Position numbers and translations under genes: made by a program
Assembly: GCF_000400465.1 (NCBI RefSeq)
Contig: NW_008806275.1
Location: 60,001-122,000 of the forward strand
Source of the DNA: Wallemia ichthyophaga EXF-994
Taxonomy: Eukaryota; Fungi; Basidiomycota
Length of the DNA stretch: 62,000 bases
Direction: 5' to 3'
Shown: positions 11,746 through 26,131 of the stretch, piece after piece
Layout: every line of letters starts with the position of its first letter
How positions within the stretch are numbered: position 1 is the first letter of the stretch
Notes under the pieces: generated by a model
The model's database searches: none
What the model saw: the letters and a program-made list of their open reading frames with translations, nothing else
What the model was told of the DNA's origin: nothing

Positions 11746-13989
11746 ATGAGAAGATCAGCGCGCAATCAAAGTGCAGTGGAATTAGAGACAGAAGCGCAGA
11801 GGCAGATGCAGGCTAACACGCCCAGTAAGAATAAGGTTGTGGACGTAAAGAAACCCAAGAAGCTAGCAGCGACTGATTCTATCGTCAAACTAAAGGGCAG
11901 CTCAGATGATGAGACTGAGAATAAGCCAGCGGTAACGCCTAGAAGATCGAGGAGAAACTCGGAGCGTCCGCAAGAGAGGCCCAGCTCATCTAGTTTGGAG
12001 TTTAGAAACACCCCATCTAAAAGTACACCAAGGAGAGCGACACCAATCAGAGCAACACCACCGTCGTCCACATCCAAACCAGCTGCACTAGCAACCAAAG
12101 CAACCAAAGCAACCAAAGCAACTCCCGTCAGGTCGATAACACGCACAAGCACACCCGTATCAGCGGATAGGGCTAAAGCGCGCGCACAGATGGCAGAAGA
12201 TGCTGAAGGCGAGCCTAGTAGTAGCAGTAGTAGCAGTAGTAGCAGTAGTGACGAAGAGCGCCATGCTTCTGATTACAGCAAGAGCGACAGCGGAGAAGAG
12301 GATGAGATAGAGGCGGACAAGAGCGACGACGATGACGTGCATGTCGACGTGAAGGATGAGATTCTCTCAAGTGATGACGACACAGACACGCGCAAGAGAA
12401 GACGCGGCGGCGTGAGTGCGACACCGCGCAAAAACAAAAGCAGGATAATGGGAAATATTACTCCATCTGCTAAGCGTAACCTGCAGCAGAGAAGAGCTGC
12501 CAATTCGTGGGTGTGAATCAAGTCAGCCAGTGTCTATCTAACCCCAGCCATAACTTCAGAGTAAGACCACTTCCTGCACCAGCTATTGAAAGCTTGAACG
12601 ATACCACAGACAGAGATGCTGTATCTCTGTCACGCGCTTTGCTCCACGTAGGAGCTACTCCAGGATACCTCCCTTGTCGCGAAGATGAGTATTTGATGAT
12701 TGAAGGGTGCATTGAGAGTCTACTTGAAGATGGACAGGGTGGATGTGTTTGTGAGTGGCTAGCTACTTCCTCTACAAGGCTTACACGCTCAGATATCTCT
12801 GGTACACCAGGCACTGGTAAAACAGCCACGGTACATTCAGTCATTAGAGGGCTGATAGACCGTTCAAATAACCAGGTGCGGTTGGTTTTAGCGTCTTATT
12901 CTTCTAACAATCACGTGCAGGAAATATCGCCATTCAAATATGTCGAAATTAACGGGCTCAGAGTCTCAGAACCGGCACGCGCGTATCCTATTCTTTGGGA
13001 AGGTCTCACCAACGACGCGATGAGTCTCTCTCCCAGAGCTGCTTTGAACGCTCTCGAGAGGTATTATGGCGAGGGTCAGAATGACCAAGCATGTGTCCTG
13101 CTTATGGACGAGCTTGATCAAATGGTTACAAGCAAGCAGAGTGAGGTTTATAACTTTTTCAATTGGCCCAATATGCCGCGTTCGAAGCTTATCGTTGTCG
13201 CTGTCGCCAACACCATGGACCTTCCTGAGCGTGTTTTACGCGGTAAAGTTAAGAGTAGATTGGGTGAGTTATATGTGTGTTTTATCTGACACTATGCTTA
13301 ACTCTATTTCTTTCTAAGGTATGGAACGCATCAACTTCGCTCCTTACGACCGTATGCAGTTGATAGAAATAGTGCAATCGCGTTTGCGCTACGCGATTAG
13401 TTTGGCCGAACAACGCGACTACTCGCTTCTCACAGACGAAGACACACGAGGGCTATTTGACGAGGACGCAGTAAAGATAGCAGCTGCGAAAACGGCTTCT
13501 GTGCAGGGCGACGCTCGACGGATGCTGGAAGTGTGCAGACAGACGCTCGAACGAGCGGCTTTACTGCCCGTCAAAACCAGCAACGTTCAACAGACGCTTA
13601 AAGCAATGTCACTCAGCCCTCTCAGTCGGATGATGGCCAATCTGAGTCTGTCTGCGAAGATCATGCTCGTATGCGCGATGCGATGCGCTGCTGCAGCTGG
13701 AATGGGAACGGGGGAGTGTAGGTGGGGCGATGTGTCAAGTTTGCACCAGAAACTCTCCTCACAGTTGGTGTCATACACACCGGTCATCCCGCTCAGTAGG
13801 ACTGATCAGTATCAAGTACTATCCAACCTCGCCGCTACCAGAATCGTGCTTGCTCACGAACCTGGTGCTCCAAACTATGGCCTCAATAAGGGAAGCGATG
13901 CCGAGAGAATGATTATTTTGAATGTTCCTGAGGCTGACGTGAGGAGAGTGCTGGGTGAGGATACTAGATTTCATTCTGTATTGGGATGA
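11746..13989 (+). CDS. ORC1: Origin recognition complex subunit 1 (AAA+), 5 exons
   Basis: LPCREDEY, Walker A GTPGTGKT, YVEINGL, Walker B LLMDELD, VYNFFNW and ANTMDLPER motifs, after a long low-complexity N-terminus. Confidence 0.9.
12216..12249 (+). repeat. (AGT/AGC)n microsatellite encoding poly-Ser in Orc1
   Basis: agtagtagcagtagtagcagtagtagcagtagt read directly. Confidence 0.9.
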
Positions 13990-14198
13990 AGGTTTTCTGA
14001 ATGTATTGGTGGATGTATTTATGGAGTTCGTTGATGAAATTATTCACTTCGCCTGTCTTAGCTTGTGTGGGAGTTTTATGTGAGCGTGTCTGTATATTTC
14101 TTATGTTGTAGCCATGTGTATGTCTTTGTGTGTGCGTATTCACGCGTTTGCCCAGTTTTATTATCTTCCTCACTACCACCATCACCAACACCACGCCT

Positions 14199-17100
14199 AT
14201 GGGAGACTTCCATAAGATCCACCGATATTTCAGTCCGCTACTATCAATACTCGCAGATAGCAGCGTCGAAGATCTCCTCGGACGGTCTAATTCGATCTCC
14301 ACGCTATCAGATCTCTTGCGTCCATTCGACGTATTGCATAATGTACCTCTGCGGACGAGTCTCTTGGAAACGCACCACGCACCCTCCTTCTATCTACGCT
14401 TCAATGAGCTCGCTCAGCTTGATGCCGACGCCGATGAGTTGCACAGCGTCGTAGAGAACGCAGCAAATGATGCATTGGATGTACACGGTGCACAGAATCC
14501 ACTCAATCAGTATGATCATTTCGTAGACGCAGTTCTCTCCCACCACGACCTCCTCCCGTACTCCACCTTCCATCATCCGGCAGCATTTATCCTCGCAACG
14601 ACCACGACACACAGCGATCCCATAGCACAGCTCGCTCGACTCGCTCAGCAGGTGTCGCTGCCAGATGCCTATGCCAAGCGCACATACATGAACGCGACGC
14701 CCAACTATGTCCTCCGATACTACGTCCTCATACACGATTCACAGGATGGCAGTATTAGTATGGATGGCGCGCGTGAGCTGCTGGAGAAGGCTAAGAGGGC
14801 ACATGGGATTCACTGTGCTATGCTAATTATCAACTCTAAGGACAAAGCAGGCGTACATACCAATGACGATCTCGTTGCTCGCACGTACGGAAACGCTAGC
14901 GGTCACAGTCTCGACGCTTCAGATCTCACCGTCGTGAGGGCGTTCGTCAGGGAGCTTGTCGTCCAATCACTCATACCATGGATGGAAAAATGCACTCGTG
15001 ACTGGAACCAGCTGGTAAGTTGGTTCTTGGTGGCTTTTAAAACTTGCTAAATAAGCTCCAACCCAGTTCGTTGCAAATAGGAAGGGATTCGCTAATAAGC
15101 TGTTCTCTTCCTTTGGCGTTTCGAGGAAGTGGACTGCGCAGCAATCACCCGCTAGAGCTATCAACAGCGCTGCTTCGCCAGGATCGTTTATCAGCTCAGA
15201 GAAGATGTAAGTGGTGTGTTTGTGTGAAGCTGTAGCATAAGCGTTACGTCGACATTCTCATATTAACATTCACACTCCAAGATACCCATCAACTACCCAC
15301 GAAGCTACCTTCCGCAGACTGGCAGACTTTGCTTTCATGTTACGTGACTACAAGCTCTCAGCTCAGGTATACAGTCAGACGCGGCGAGATGTGGCCGAGG
15401 AGCCCGAAGCATATCACTACGCAGCCTCTGCTAACGAGATGCTGGGGCTATCGCATCTTCTCTCTCCGCACTCTCCAACGTCGACACTCGACCTCACACT
15501 GGAGCACCTCAAAGAAGCTTCGCGCGTGTGGGGTGAGACGGGAGAACGTAATGACAGCGCGCAGGCTGTGCGTGCTACGATACTATTCGTCGAGTCATTC
15601 AGAGCGCGCGGATCATCTGGTCTAGTCATACCTGCAGCACTCATCGGTGCGGCCAGCGGAGGTGCTGTGCACCACGCCATAATGCTCAGTGAGGCTGCAT
15701 TGGCGTATGAAAACCACGTTAGACCTTACAAGCGCAAGGCGTGTCTCTACTATGCCAGGGCAGCATCTTTATACGAAGCCAATGGGAAATTGGAACATGC
15801 TAGATGGTGCTACTCTCACTGCGATACTAGAAAATTCCCCTTTGTCGTGCAAGCTCTAGGTAGGCTAGCTAGTGAGTCCAACAAGCAGGAGGCTGCTAAT
15901 CTTTTCACTGAGGCACTGCGCTATGATGGTGATGAAGCGCTGCTAGATAATTGGAGACTGAGTGTTAAAGAAGAGGGCGTTGATGTGAAATCCCTATCAC
16001 TCCCATTCCCTTTTTTCGATAAGTCAGCGACTGTTATCTACGACCAAAGTCAGAATTCCACCACGAGCAGGAGATCGGAGGCTATTTTCAGCAGCCTTGA
16101 GCAAACGCTGGATGTAGATAGCAGCAAGCCTGATGCAAGTGTCGACGTAGACGCAGGAGAAACCTTCCACGTCCAAATATTCCCCCGCAACCCTTTCCAT
16201 GGCGGCATAACTTTGAGCGACCTGGAGCTCAACTTCGATGGCGATGGGAGGGTGGATGTGGAGCGACTCGACAATTTGGTGGAACTGGCTGCCATGCAAG
16301 CCCTTCCGCTTACCTTCAAATGCAGTATACCCACCCCATCTGCCGTTAAACTCAGCAGCGTTTCCTTCACACTGGACGGGCTTGCGAGGTTTACAGAGTC
16401 ATTGACGAGGAATGGACGGAGACTGAACGATACCAAAGAGCAGCGCATCGGCAGATTCTATGCGCCCGACTTATCACTACAGGTTAGAGCCCACGAAGCG
16501 TCCCCGAAGCTGTCGGCGAGCTTAGTGGGTGTCCCGCAGCGCATGGGTTTGGGCGAGGGGCGTTTAGCTCACCTCGTCCTCAACAACACCGGGCTATTGG
16601 ATGTGGACGATATTCGAGTGGCGGTTAATGAGCAGTCCTTTGTTGTGCTCGGTGTGGATGGCGGGATAGATAGTGCGCTCGATTTTTACAAACAGCAAAA
16701 AGGTGCGAGTAATGAGAAGTGTCGTGTCGAGAACAACTTGCTGCCCACTCAGCCGTTGGCCCTCCATGAGAGTATCAGAAGCGGGGAGAAGATGTCCATT
16801 CCCGTGCTCGTCAGAGGCGATGGCGTGGGCAAGCGAGCACTCCATCTACTTATCACGTACAAGCAGAAGGTGTGTTTTGTTTAGTTGCACTTACTCAGCT
16901 AACTCAGGATAGGATCGCACTTTACAACCTAGCACATCACAGCATGAAAGATCGCAGCGCACTTGGCACTCTCAACACAGCGTCAAAAGATTGCTGCACA
17001 TAGTCGATATTCGACCAGTGGTGGATGTGAAACTCGCCGCACATCCAAGCAAGGCGCCAGTCGGCGGCTACGAGCTTTCGCTTGAGATAGAGAATGTGGT

Positions 17101-18061
17101 GCCTGATTCGCAGGTAGACATAACGCAAGTGACGTTTGTATCTCCTGCATGGAAATGCGTAGGGGATCTGCAGGAGATGTCGCTGAGTTTTGAGGAAATG
17201 GTCAAACAGCATTTCAGGGCGGAATTAAGTGAGGAGTACGTAGCGTCGGATGGATATAGGACGCAAGAGTACATGGTGGACAGGATGGCGACGTATTTGC
17301 AGGGCAAAGATATGGCAGATACGCACCCACCGCCTGTGCATGTGCTCGCCACACACCTCGCCAACGCAACGGATGAATACATCCCATTTACTCAGACATC
17401 GCTCTTGAATATCATGATGAACGCTAGACGCAACCTCCGGCAGATCACACTGGCACACGAATTCAAAAGCTTGCACAAGGACTTGCAGCCTCACCTGTTC
17501 CCGCTCATGGAGATGGGTGAGGGGGACGTAATGGTGTGCTGGCGGATGGGCGACAGGGTCGGACACGCGCTTGTATCGGGACTGGTGATGGGCGCGCGAG
17601 AGGGACTTACGGGGAGGATAGCGGAGAGGGTGAAGCAGTCGAAAGATGTCAGGAGCGTCTTGTACGCGTCGACAATCAAAGAGCGCGAAAGAACACTAGT
17701 GGAGCTGAGCAAGAGTCGCTACAACGTGAACGACATGCCGATCATCGTTAACACTTACACGCCATCGACTATCAACCACCTTTTCGAACAAGAACCTGAG
17801 TTAAGGTTGAGCGTCGACGTCAGTCTGTTCAATAACTCGATCAGTAAAGAGGTGGAGTGCACGTTGAGCGTGAGGGATAAAATGGAGGGGCTGACTGTGC
17901 CGACGAGGATTTTTGAAAGGACAGTGCAGCCGCAGCAGGCGGAGATGGTCAATATACCACTCGTATGCACCGCACCCGGTGTGCACAAGTTAAGGGAGAT
18001 GGTCCTGTCATTGGGGACATCGAACTATGTCGTCAAGTTGAATGATATTGTTGTTATTTAG
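14199..18061 (+). CDS. TRS85: TRAPP III subunit Trs85/TRAPPC8, 4 exons
   Basis: FVRELVVQSLIPWMEK, RRLADFAFMLRDY and RKACLY motifs, followed by Ig-like C-terminal domains (PRNPF). Confidence 0.88.
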
Positions 18062-19260
18062 ACAAATGCATTGCTAGATCTAATTGAAATACACCACTTA
18101 CCTTAATATGAATCATATATTGCGTGAACAAAAGAAAATTCTCGTAAGTCAGTCCACAAGTTGAAATGTTCTTGGCTGCTGATTATGATTAAAACTTATA
18201 AATAGCAATTTACGATCCAATGAGCTACATAGATTTCCCTTTACACATGGTACCGGTAACAATAGCTTATACGAATTATTTGGGTTGCTTCATCGGCAAA
18301 CATACTAAAGCACTACAATTATCCAGCTATGACAGATTAACACCATTTCATTTAGAAGACTTTTCCATTAAATCTCTTCCAAAACCAAAGTCATTCGAGC
18401 CGGAAAATCTTAATCCAACCAAAATCGCCCAAACAACCTTATTCTCAGGAATAATGTCGTTTATTTACTTCAAATATCAATGAGCAGTAGCAGAGCTGTG
18501 CTCAATCCTTGACTCAGGGATTAAGCACTGCGCAAGAGGACTGCTACGCAAACACAAAGATCAAAATGAAGGAAAGCCTTGTGTCTGTCCTCAAGTTACC
18601 TGGATTTCTACGCTCCCACTCAAAAAGTACGTGATTTTTCATAGGCAGGTTAACTTTGTTTTAGCAAGATGGGCACATTTGCAAAAGGAGAAAGGAGATA
18701 GAAGTAGTTCAACTACAACAACAAATACAAATCGACCACCTTTTCACTCACCACTCAGCCCACAACGCTTCAAGACCAGCACTATAATGCGTTGATCACA
18801 AGCGGATAGAAAGCGATTTTGAGATAATGAGAAATAGATTCAATTGGTGTTGAAATAGAATAAAGGTGACAAAGCTCATCTGAGTAGCCAGGGCTTTCCT
18901 CGCTTCATCAGACTTCAGACTTCAGACTTCTTTTTGGAAAAATCTTACGAATCAGATGAGACGGCTCACAGGAGAAATAAAGGGATAATGAACAAACAAG
19001 TCCTGAAATTTGATGGTGCTTATTAAATATTAAGCCTAACCTGAACCTCACCTACGATAAAGCAATTTGGTTTAGATTCTCGAAGGAAACGTCATAATGA
19101 TTTCCATTGAGAACTATCTACTATCCTTGTTGGAACATGGACTTTCCTTTCTTGAATTCTTACGTCTGCCACCAACAACTTTAACATTGTTAGTCTTATC
19201 CTAATCACATACTCAAACTCACTCTCACAAGGCAACCACTGAAGGTTTGACAATCAAGCT

Positions 19261-22200
19261 ATGGAACCACCTAAGATTACGATAGAGACGAGTCCCAATT
19301 CGCCCCAACCGAGCTACACAAACGACCGCAGAAACTCCGAGTCGCTGGCTGTCCCCACCACCTCCAAAGACCCTTTTACAGACGATAATGCTAGCACAAG
19401 CTATAGCACTCCCAGCGCACCCAGTACACCCCCAAAGAAGAAGAAGAAGGAGAAAAAGGAGAAGAAACCACTCGAGCCACGCCGCGTCGATAACCTCGGC
19501 GCCTTCGCCTTCCAGCCACACATCCTCACTGACTGCGTCGGCTACAAACAGTTTGACACTCTGCGCGACGATATCGGCGGCATTGATGGTCTTGCTCGTG
19601 GCCTAGGAACTGATCTTCGCGATGGTCTCCGTGCCGAGGCCTATTCCCTCAGTGGCAAGCCAGACCCCAGTGGTCCTCCCCAGGGAAGAGCGGGTTCCGC
19701 CAGCGAAGCCAGCGGCTTAGAAAGGCAGCGTGTGTACGACAAGAACGAGATTCCACCGAAAGAAACCAAGAACTTTTTCCAGCTTATGTGGATGGCTATG
19801 GAAGACAAGCTGCTGCAACTCCTCATAGTAGCTGCGATTGTCGCCCTAGCTTTGGGTATATATCAGGCTGTGGATTTCCCCGCACCCGTTATCAGATGCT
19901 ACAATGACGCAACGGGGAGATATGACGCATACTGCACAGAACCACAAGTCGAGTGGGTCGAGGGTGTCGCCATCCTCATCGCCATCATAATCGTCGTCCT
20001 CGTCGGCAGTATTAATGACTATCAAAAGGAGCTACAGTTCATGCAACTAAACAAGAAGAAGGAAGACAGAGATGTGAAAGTTAAAAGAGATGGCAATGAA
20101 CAGCACATAAGCATCAAGGATGTCCTCGTCGGCGACATACTGCAGCTCGAAACAGGCGACATCTTGCCTGTCGATGGCGTCTTTATCGGAGGTCACAACA
20201 TCAAGGCAGACGAGTCTGCAGCGACTGGTGAATCTGATGCCATTAAGAAGGTCACCTTTGACGATTATGCATCGTATCTTGACACCCTCAGCGAACACGA
20301 CAAAACTAAGAGTCAAAAGAAGGATTGCTTCTTGCTATCCGGTTCCAAGATTACCGAGGGCGTGGGTGAAATGATCGTCGTTGCCGTCGGTCTGCAATCC
20401 TACAACGGTCGTATCCTTGCCAGTCTAAATGACGAAGATGACGAAGGCACTCCCCTTCAAAGCAAACTGAACGACTTGGCAGAGTTGATTGCAAAGGTGG
20501 CTTCTGTTGCTGGTTTGCTCCTCTTCATCGCCCTCATGATAAGATTCTTCGTGGGATTGAAAGAGAATCCAGACAGAACCCCGCGCGAGAAGGGTCAGAA
20601 TTTCATTGAGATTCTCATCATATCGGTCACTCTCATTGTCGTTGCGGTCCCTGAAGGACTTCCGCTCGCTGTCACTCTAGCTCTCGCTTTTGCCACCAAG
20701 CGTATGACCAAGGCCAACCTTCTCGTCCGCCTTCTTGCTTCTTGTGAGACAATGGCGAATGCAACTGCTGTATGTACAGACAAGACTGGAACGCGTGGGT
20801 ATAGCCTTCTTGAGCATGTTTAACACCTCCTAATATGTCACAGTTACGCAGAATGTGATGAGCGTCGTCGCTGGCACCATTGGAATCAATGCTAAGTTCG
20901 TCATACGGCTTGAAGAAAACGCAGCAAGGTCAAATGCAGACCAACTGAATAGCGATGAAAAGTACACTGGCGGAAACTTTACTGTTGACTCCAATGATCT
21001 ATCCAATCACATCAAGGGTCCACTCCGCAAGCTGTTGTTTGACAGTATAGCGATCAACTCTACAGCTTTCGAAGACAAGAACAAGGAGACTGGTGAAATT
21101 GAATTTGTCGGCTCAAAGACCGAAACCGCACTCTTGCGCTTCGCTAAAGAGCGTCAATGGGATGACTGGCGGAACGCCCGTGAATCAGCCGAGATAGCGC
21201 AAATGATACCCTTCTCATCCGCACGCAAAGCTATGGGTATGGTTGTGAAGCTCAGCGACGGTCACTACAGGTTATACGTGAAGGGTGCATCAGAGGTGCT
21301 TGCAGGGCTTGCAACCAAGAGTGTTTCAATTGATGAAACTGATTCTGAAGATATACCAGTGTTTGATATGTCCCAGGCTGACCGTGAGAGCTTGAACGAA
21401 ACCATCAAGTTCTATGCAACGCAGTCGTTGCGCACTATAGCCTTATGCTATAAAGACTTCGCTGAGTGGCCACCGAAGAAGGCATCAATTGACGAGACTG
21501 GAGATGTTGAATATGATAGCATTGCGACGGACTTGACATTGGTCGGCATTACTGGTATAGAAGACCCTCTTAGACCTGGTGTATCTGACGCCGTAAAGAG
21601 AGCTCAAATGGCCGGCGTTAAAGTAAAGATGTGTACTGGTGACAATGTACTGACTGCGCAATCTATCGCTAGACAATGTGGGATCCTGACCGAAGGTGGT
21701 ATCGTTATGGAAGGAGTCGAATTCAGAAATCTCAGTGAATACGACAGAATAAGTTGTGTTCCGAATCTGCAGGTTCTTGCTAGATCATCTCCCGATGACA
21801 AGAAGATGCTAGTTCAGACGCTCAGAAAGTCTCATTCGGAGACTGTCGGTGTCACTGGTGATGGTACAAACGATGCACCTGCCTTGAAGGCTGCCAATGT
21901 CGGTTTTTCAATGGGTATCGCTGGTACTGAGGTAGCCAAGGAGGCCTCCTCGATCATTCTCATGGATGATAATGTGGGTGGATTAACTTTAAATGTGCTC
22001 TTGCAACCCACTTACACCTTTCTAGTTCGCTTCAATTGTCTCAGCTATAATGTGGGGCAGGTGTGTGAACGACTCGGTAAAGAAGTTCTTGCAATTCCAG
22101 CTCTCAGTCAATGTGACAGCAATTCTCATTGTCTTTGTCACGGCAATTGCATCAGATTCGGAAGAGTCTGTCTTGTCGGCTGTTCAGCTGCTTTGGGTGA

Positions 22201-23216
22201 ACTTGATAATGGACACATTCGCCGCATTAGCGCTGGCCACTGACCCTGCAACACCAACAGTACTCAACCGCAAACCAGAAATACCAGGCTCACCAATCAT
22301 CAATGCGAGTATGTTGAAGGTAATCACATCTCAATCGCTGTACAAAACGGCAGTTGTATTTGTCTTGCACTTTGCAGGTAGACAGATACTTGGTTATAGA
22401 ACGAGTTACACTACGGATGAAGAAGCAGCAGAATTCAGCGCACAAGGCACTCAATTGAAATCATTAGTATTTAACGCATTTGTCTGGTGTCAGATTTTCA
22501 ACCAAATCAACTGCCGTAGATTGGACAACAAGCTGAATGTGTTTGAGGGTATTCACAAGAATTGGTGGTTTATCGTTATGTTCTGCATCATGGTCGGTGG
22601 ACAAGTCTTGATTATCTTTGTTGGTGGCGCTGCATTCTCCGTCACAAGATTAGGTGGAAGAGATTGGGCGATATCTGTTATTTGTGGATTCTGCTCTCTT
22701 ATCATTGGAGCTCTTTTCAGATTTATACCGGATGAACCCATCGAAAGAAAGCTGACGCAGTGGGGTATGTTCCCCGACCCACATCGACTGCCAATCAATA
22801 TGGGTGAACCATCAAAGAAAGGAGAGGATCCAATATACGATTCACTTCAGCTGCTGTCGATGCTGCGTGGTGGGCGTATCAGAGGTTCATCAGTTGTGCA
22901 GAAATCAAGACGTATTGTCAGACATCCAATCCAAGAACTATCCGAAACACTCTACCCACATTCCAAAACCAATAGCGGGACAACGACGCCAGATAATGGT
23001 AGCACATCACCTTTGTCAGCGAAGCACACACATCTCGATGCTTTGTCGGTTTTGCCGATGATGGTGGCTTCGAGTGTGGGTGCAGGACCGATATACAGAA
23101 ACACGAGATCAGGAAGTGTGAATTCAAATTCGAACTCAAGACCGGGTCACTCTCCGTCTACGTCGATTGATGATCACAGCAGCGCACCTCCATCGCCCTT
23201 GTCGCATAAACGGTGA
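19261..23216 (+). CDS. PMC1: P2B-type Ca2+-ATPase (vacuolar/plasma membrane), 3 exons
   Basis: TGES, VAVPEGLPLA, DKTGT|LT, KGASE, TGDN, GDGTNDAPAL and QLLWVNLIMDT motifs. Confidence 0.95.
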
Positions 23217-23353
23217 GAGTGACGCCCGCGCCAACGACAAGAACAACGATAACGATAACGAGTAATTTATTTAATGTAAATGTATTATTTTGCTTATGAT
23301 AATATCATGTTTAATCAAGCGTACAACGATGACCTCAATTAAGAGCAGACAGG

Positions 23354-24844
23354 ATGAGCGAATGCCGCGGAGCTGGGAGCAGTACGCGTCGATCAGCATG
23401 GATGAAGGGAGCTGTGAGTGGGGTTGTTCTGTGGAATATAAGGTACTCAAAGTGCTCTAGATGAATCTGGATTGAGTAACTTTGAGAATATCCGTTGTCC
23501 AGGATATTTGCCATCGGAGTAGGTTTCCAGTTTTTGATTATTCGCACTCTCAGACGTCACACAGAAACTACATACAGCAATTTGTATACATTTCACTGGT
23601 CCCGACGGTGAGAAAGAGCGGTGATTCGAACAGCGGCGTGGGGACGAGAGGGAGAAGTAAGAAGCAGCAGCAACCACACATAAATACAAACACAAACACA
23701 CGCCATGACACCGTCGATGTTGCCGCGTTTGACGAGAAGATGGCGAGTAGCTCACTGCGTCTACTTACAAGACTGCTTGAGATGCAATCTGGCAGTGTGT
23801 TTGAAGACAGCGGGAAAGACCATCTCGAAATTATTCTCAACGCTTTGCCAAGTTACCGGCGGACAATGTCCGTTGCACACAAGCATGCACCCGATACAGT
23901 CCTCGAGAAGGGCGCTGCGGAGGTAAACAAGTGTAGGTGTATATGGGATCTGCTCGGCATGAACAGCAGGAATAAGAGTGAGAGGAAGAATGACATCAAT
24001 AATAATGCGGCAGAAGAGAATGTCCATATCGGCGTGAACGGGAATGTGAATTTGAACTTAGATGGCATCATTGATCAGGATGCATGGGCATTTTTCGGAT
24101 TCGTTGTGAGTGTTTGGGAAATGCAGGCGAGAAATAGTCAGCCTACCCACCTCATGGCGAATCTGCGCGATGTCCGATATGACGCTAGCTCGGCACTAGA
24201 TGCGGTTCTGGCGGGTTTCGAAGCCCCGACGAAGCTCTCCCCGCTGAGCTGCTCGCCAAGCGTAGGCATCAGGGTACGCGAAAATCACCACGAGCTGCTC
24301 GCTGCCAAGATGGCATCTGAGAGTATCCAGCGGGTGGATATTTCAAAGCGGCTGCTGAGATTGGTAGGTGGTGATGTAATGTATGATACTGCGTGAGTCG
24401 CTCACACTCTCCTGCAATAGCTTCTCCAGCTCGTCGTTGATGGCACTCTTGCCGCTTCTGCCGTGCTGACTCACCTTGGTAGCCAGTTGTCACTCAGGGA
24501 AGGCGACGTGGTGTGTGATGTAATGGACGTGCGTATTGGATTTAATTCAGTGGTGCTCCCGCTCACACTTCGGCTTTCTGTCACAGGCATTTCCCGTTGA
24601 GTACACAGATATCATGCTCGATGTCATGGTCGCTGTGATACAGGCTAAAGGGGAGCTAGTTACACAGGGGCAGACACCTATTATGAAAGTACTGCTGTCG
24701 TCAGAAAGCTCCACCTTGAAAGCTATTGGATTGAGAAATGCCATCATCGGCAAGAGTCCATCGGTTGATTCGGTGAGAGAAAGTAGAGAGGAGCTAGAGG
24801 GGCATTGCGGAAAGGCTGTGAATGTTCTTCTTGCACTTCTGTAA
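23354..24844 (+). CDS. Hypothetical protein, multi-exon (exon structure uncertain)
   Basis: 304-aa and 102-aa helical-looking ORFs in tandem with intron-like gaps. No family recognised. Confidence 0.5.
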
Positions 24845-25089
24845 AATAAGTAGAAAAGTAAATTTTCATGACAATAATCACCGTCATCTAAGGAATGTCA
24901 ATCAAGGCACGCAATCGGAATGGTGAGTCAACTGGCACGGCTTGATCGGTGGGGCTATATATTAATTGAGGATTTCTGTACGCTTTTGGAAAAAGAAAGA
25001 GATTGGTGTCATTGGCTGAAAAGTTTCTTGGCTTTCGTGAATAAAGAGGAGCCTTGTTGAAAAATAACAATCACAGTTGTGTACATACA

Positions 25090-25886
25090 ATGAATTCAGC
25101 AGAAGTACCAGATCTAGTCAGTGACTCTTCGTCGGGTTGCCAATCTTCACCGGAAATGCAAGCATTCGACAGAGTGCAACGGATGGAGAAGGTAAATGGG
25201 GAATTGGTTGAAATCGATTAGTAAGTGTGGGTTGCTGCAGCTACCATGCCTACTTACAGCTACATTCAGCGCATGCATTTGCTGTGATCCTGCCAACACA
25301 ACTGGCTATCACTGTCCACAGACATACTCCATCGTAAAGAAGAAGACAAAGAGAGACACAGAGAGCTGGCACAGTAACATGATTAGAGGAGACAAATTCA
25401 GAGAAATCGGGATACTCCATCATGAAGAGTGCCTTGGGTGCTACAAGTTCATTCCATCTAAGTTTCCAGACGTCGGGAGTAGATGCAGCTGCTGTGGTTC
25501 ATACAGCTGTGATAATATCACCCCAGGTGGCTGCACTCGCAATTTCAGCGTAACTCAGCTTGGTTGTGAGCAAGATTAGTACATTTAAACAAACAATACT
25601 CACGCAGCCCACAGCACCAAAACTACCAGCAAACTCACTCAACTGGATACTCTCAAATCAAAACGCTGCGGGACTCCTCAACAGGTACGGTAGTGTGGAG
25701 AAACTTATTCATGCAGTCGTAAATGTCCTCCCCAGAGCTGGTGCTGGAGATAAGCTTATTTTGTCGAACGGTCTAATCAGAGATATCAATAGTATGATAT
25801 GCTCAAATTGCGTCTGGAGGGATGTCGTGGTTGACGGATTACATTTGCTCTGGAAGCATAACAATAGCATTAACATCAACAACTAG
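25090..25886 (+). CDS. Hypothetical orphan protein, multi-exon (structure unresolved)
   Basis: An ATG-initiated acidic first exon and a protein-like last ORF (25560-25886) flank several candidate introns. Confidence 0.35.
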
Positions 25887-26131
25887 GAGAACACACATTA
25901 CATATCAGCACAGCGTATCATAAACCCAGCTCAACTCGCCTTAACTGTATCACACCCTAGCAACCACAGCAGTCTCTCTTCTTTGTATTTCTAACGCAAT
26001 CAGCAATTAGCTGCATACATTCGTCACATTGTTTATCATACTAGAAACTAGATGCTGGATAGGATGAAAGATGAGATTTATTAAACCGTGAAAATTACTA
26101 AAACAGAATCAAGATTAAAGAGAAAAAGAGT

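Noticed and set aside
25196-25579. Cys-rich 127-aa ORF suggesting a zinc-binding domain
   Set aside because: It starts in a likely intron, and another frame splices cleanly to the downstream exon. It is probably an off-frame artefact.
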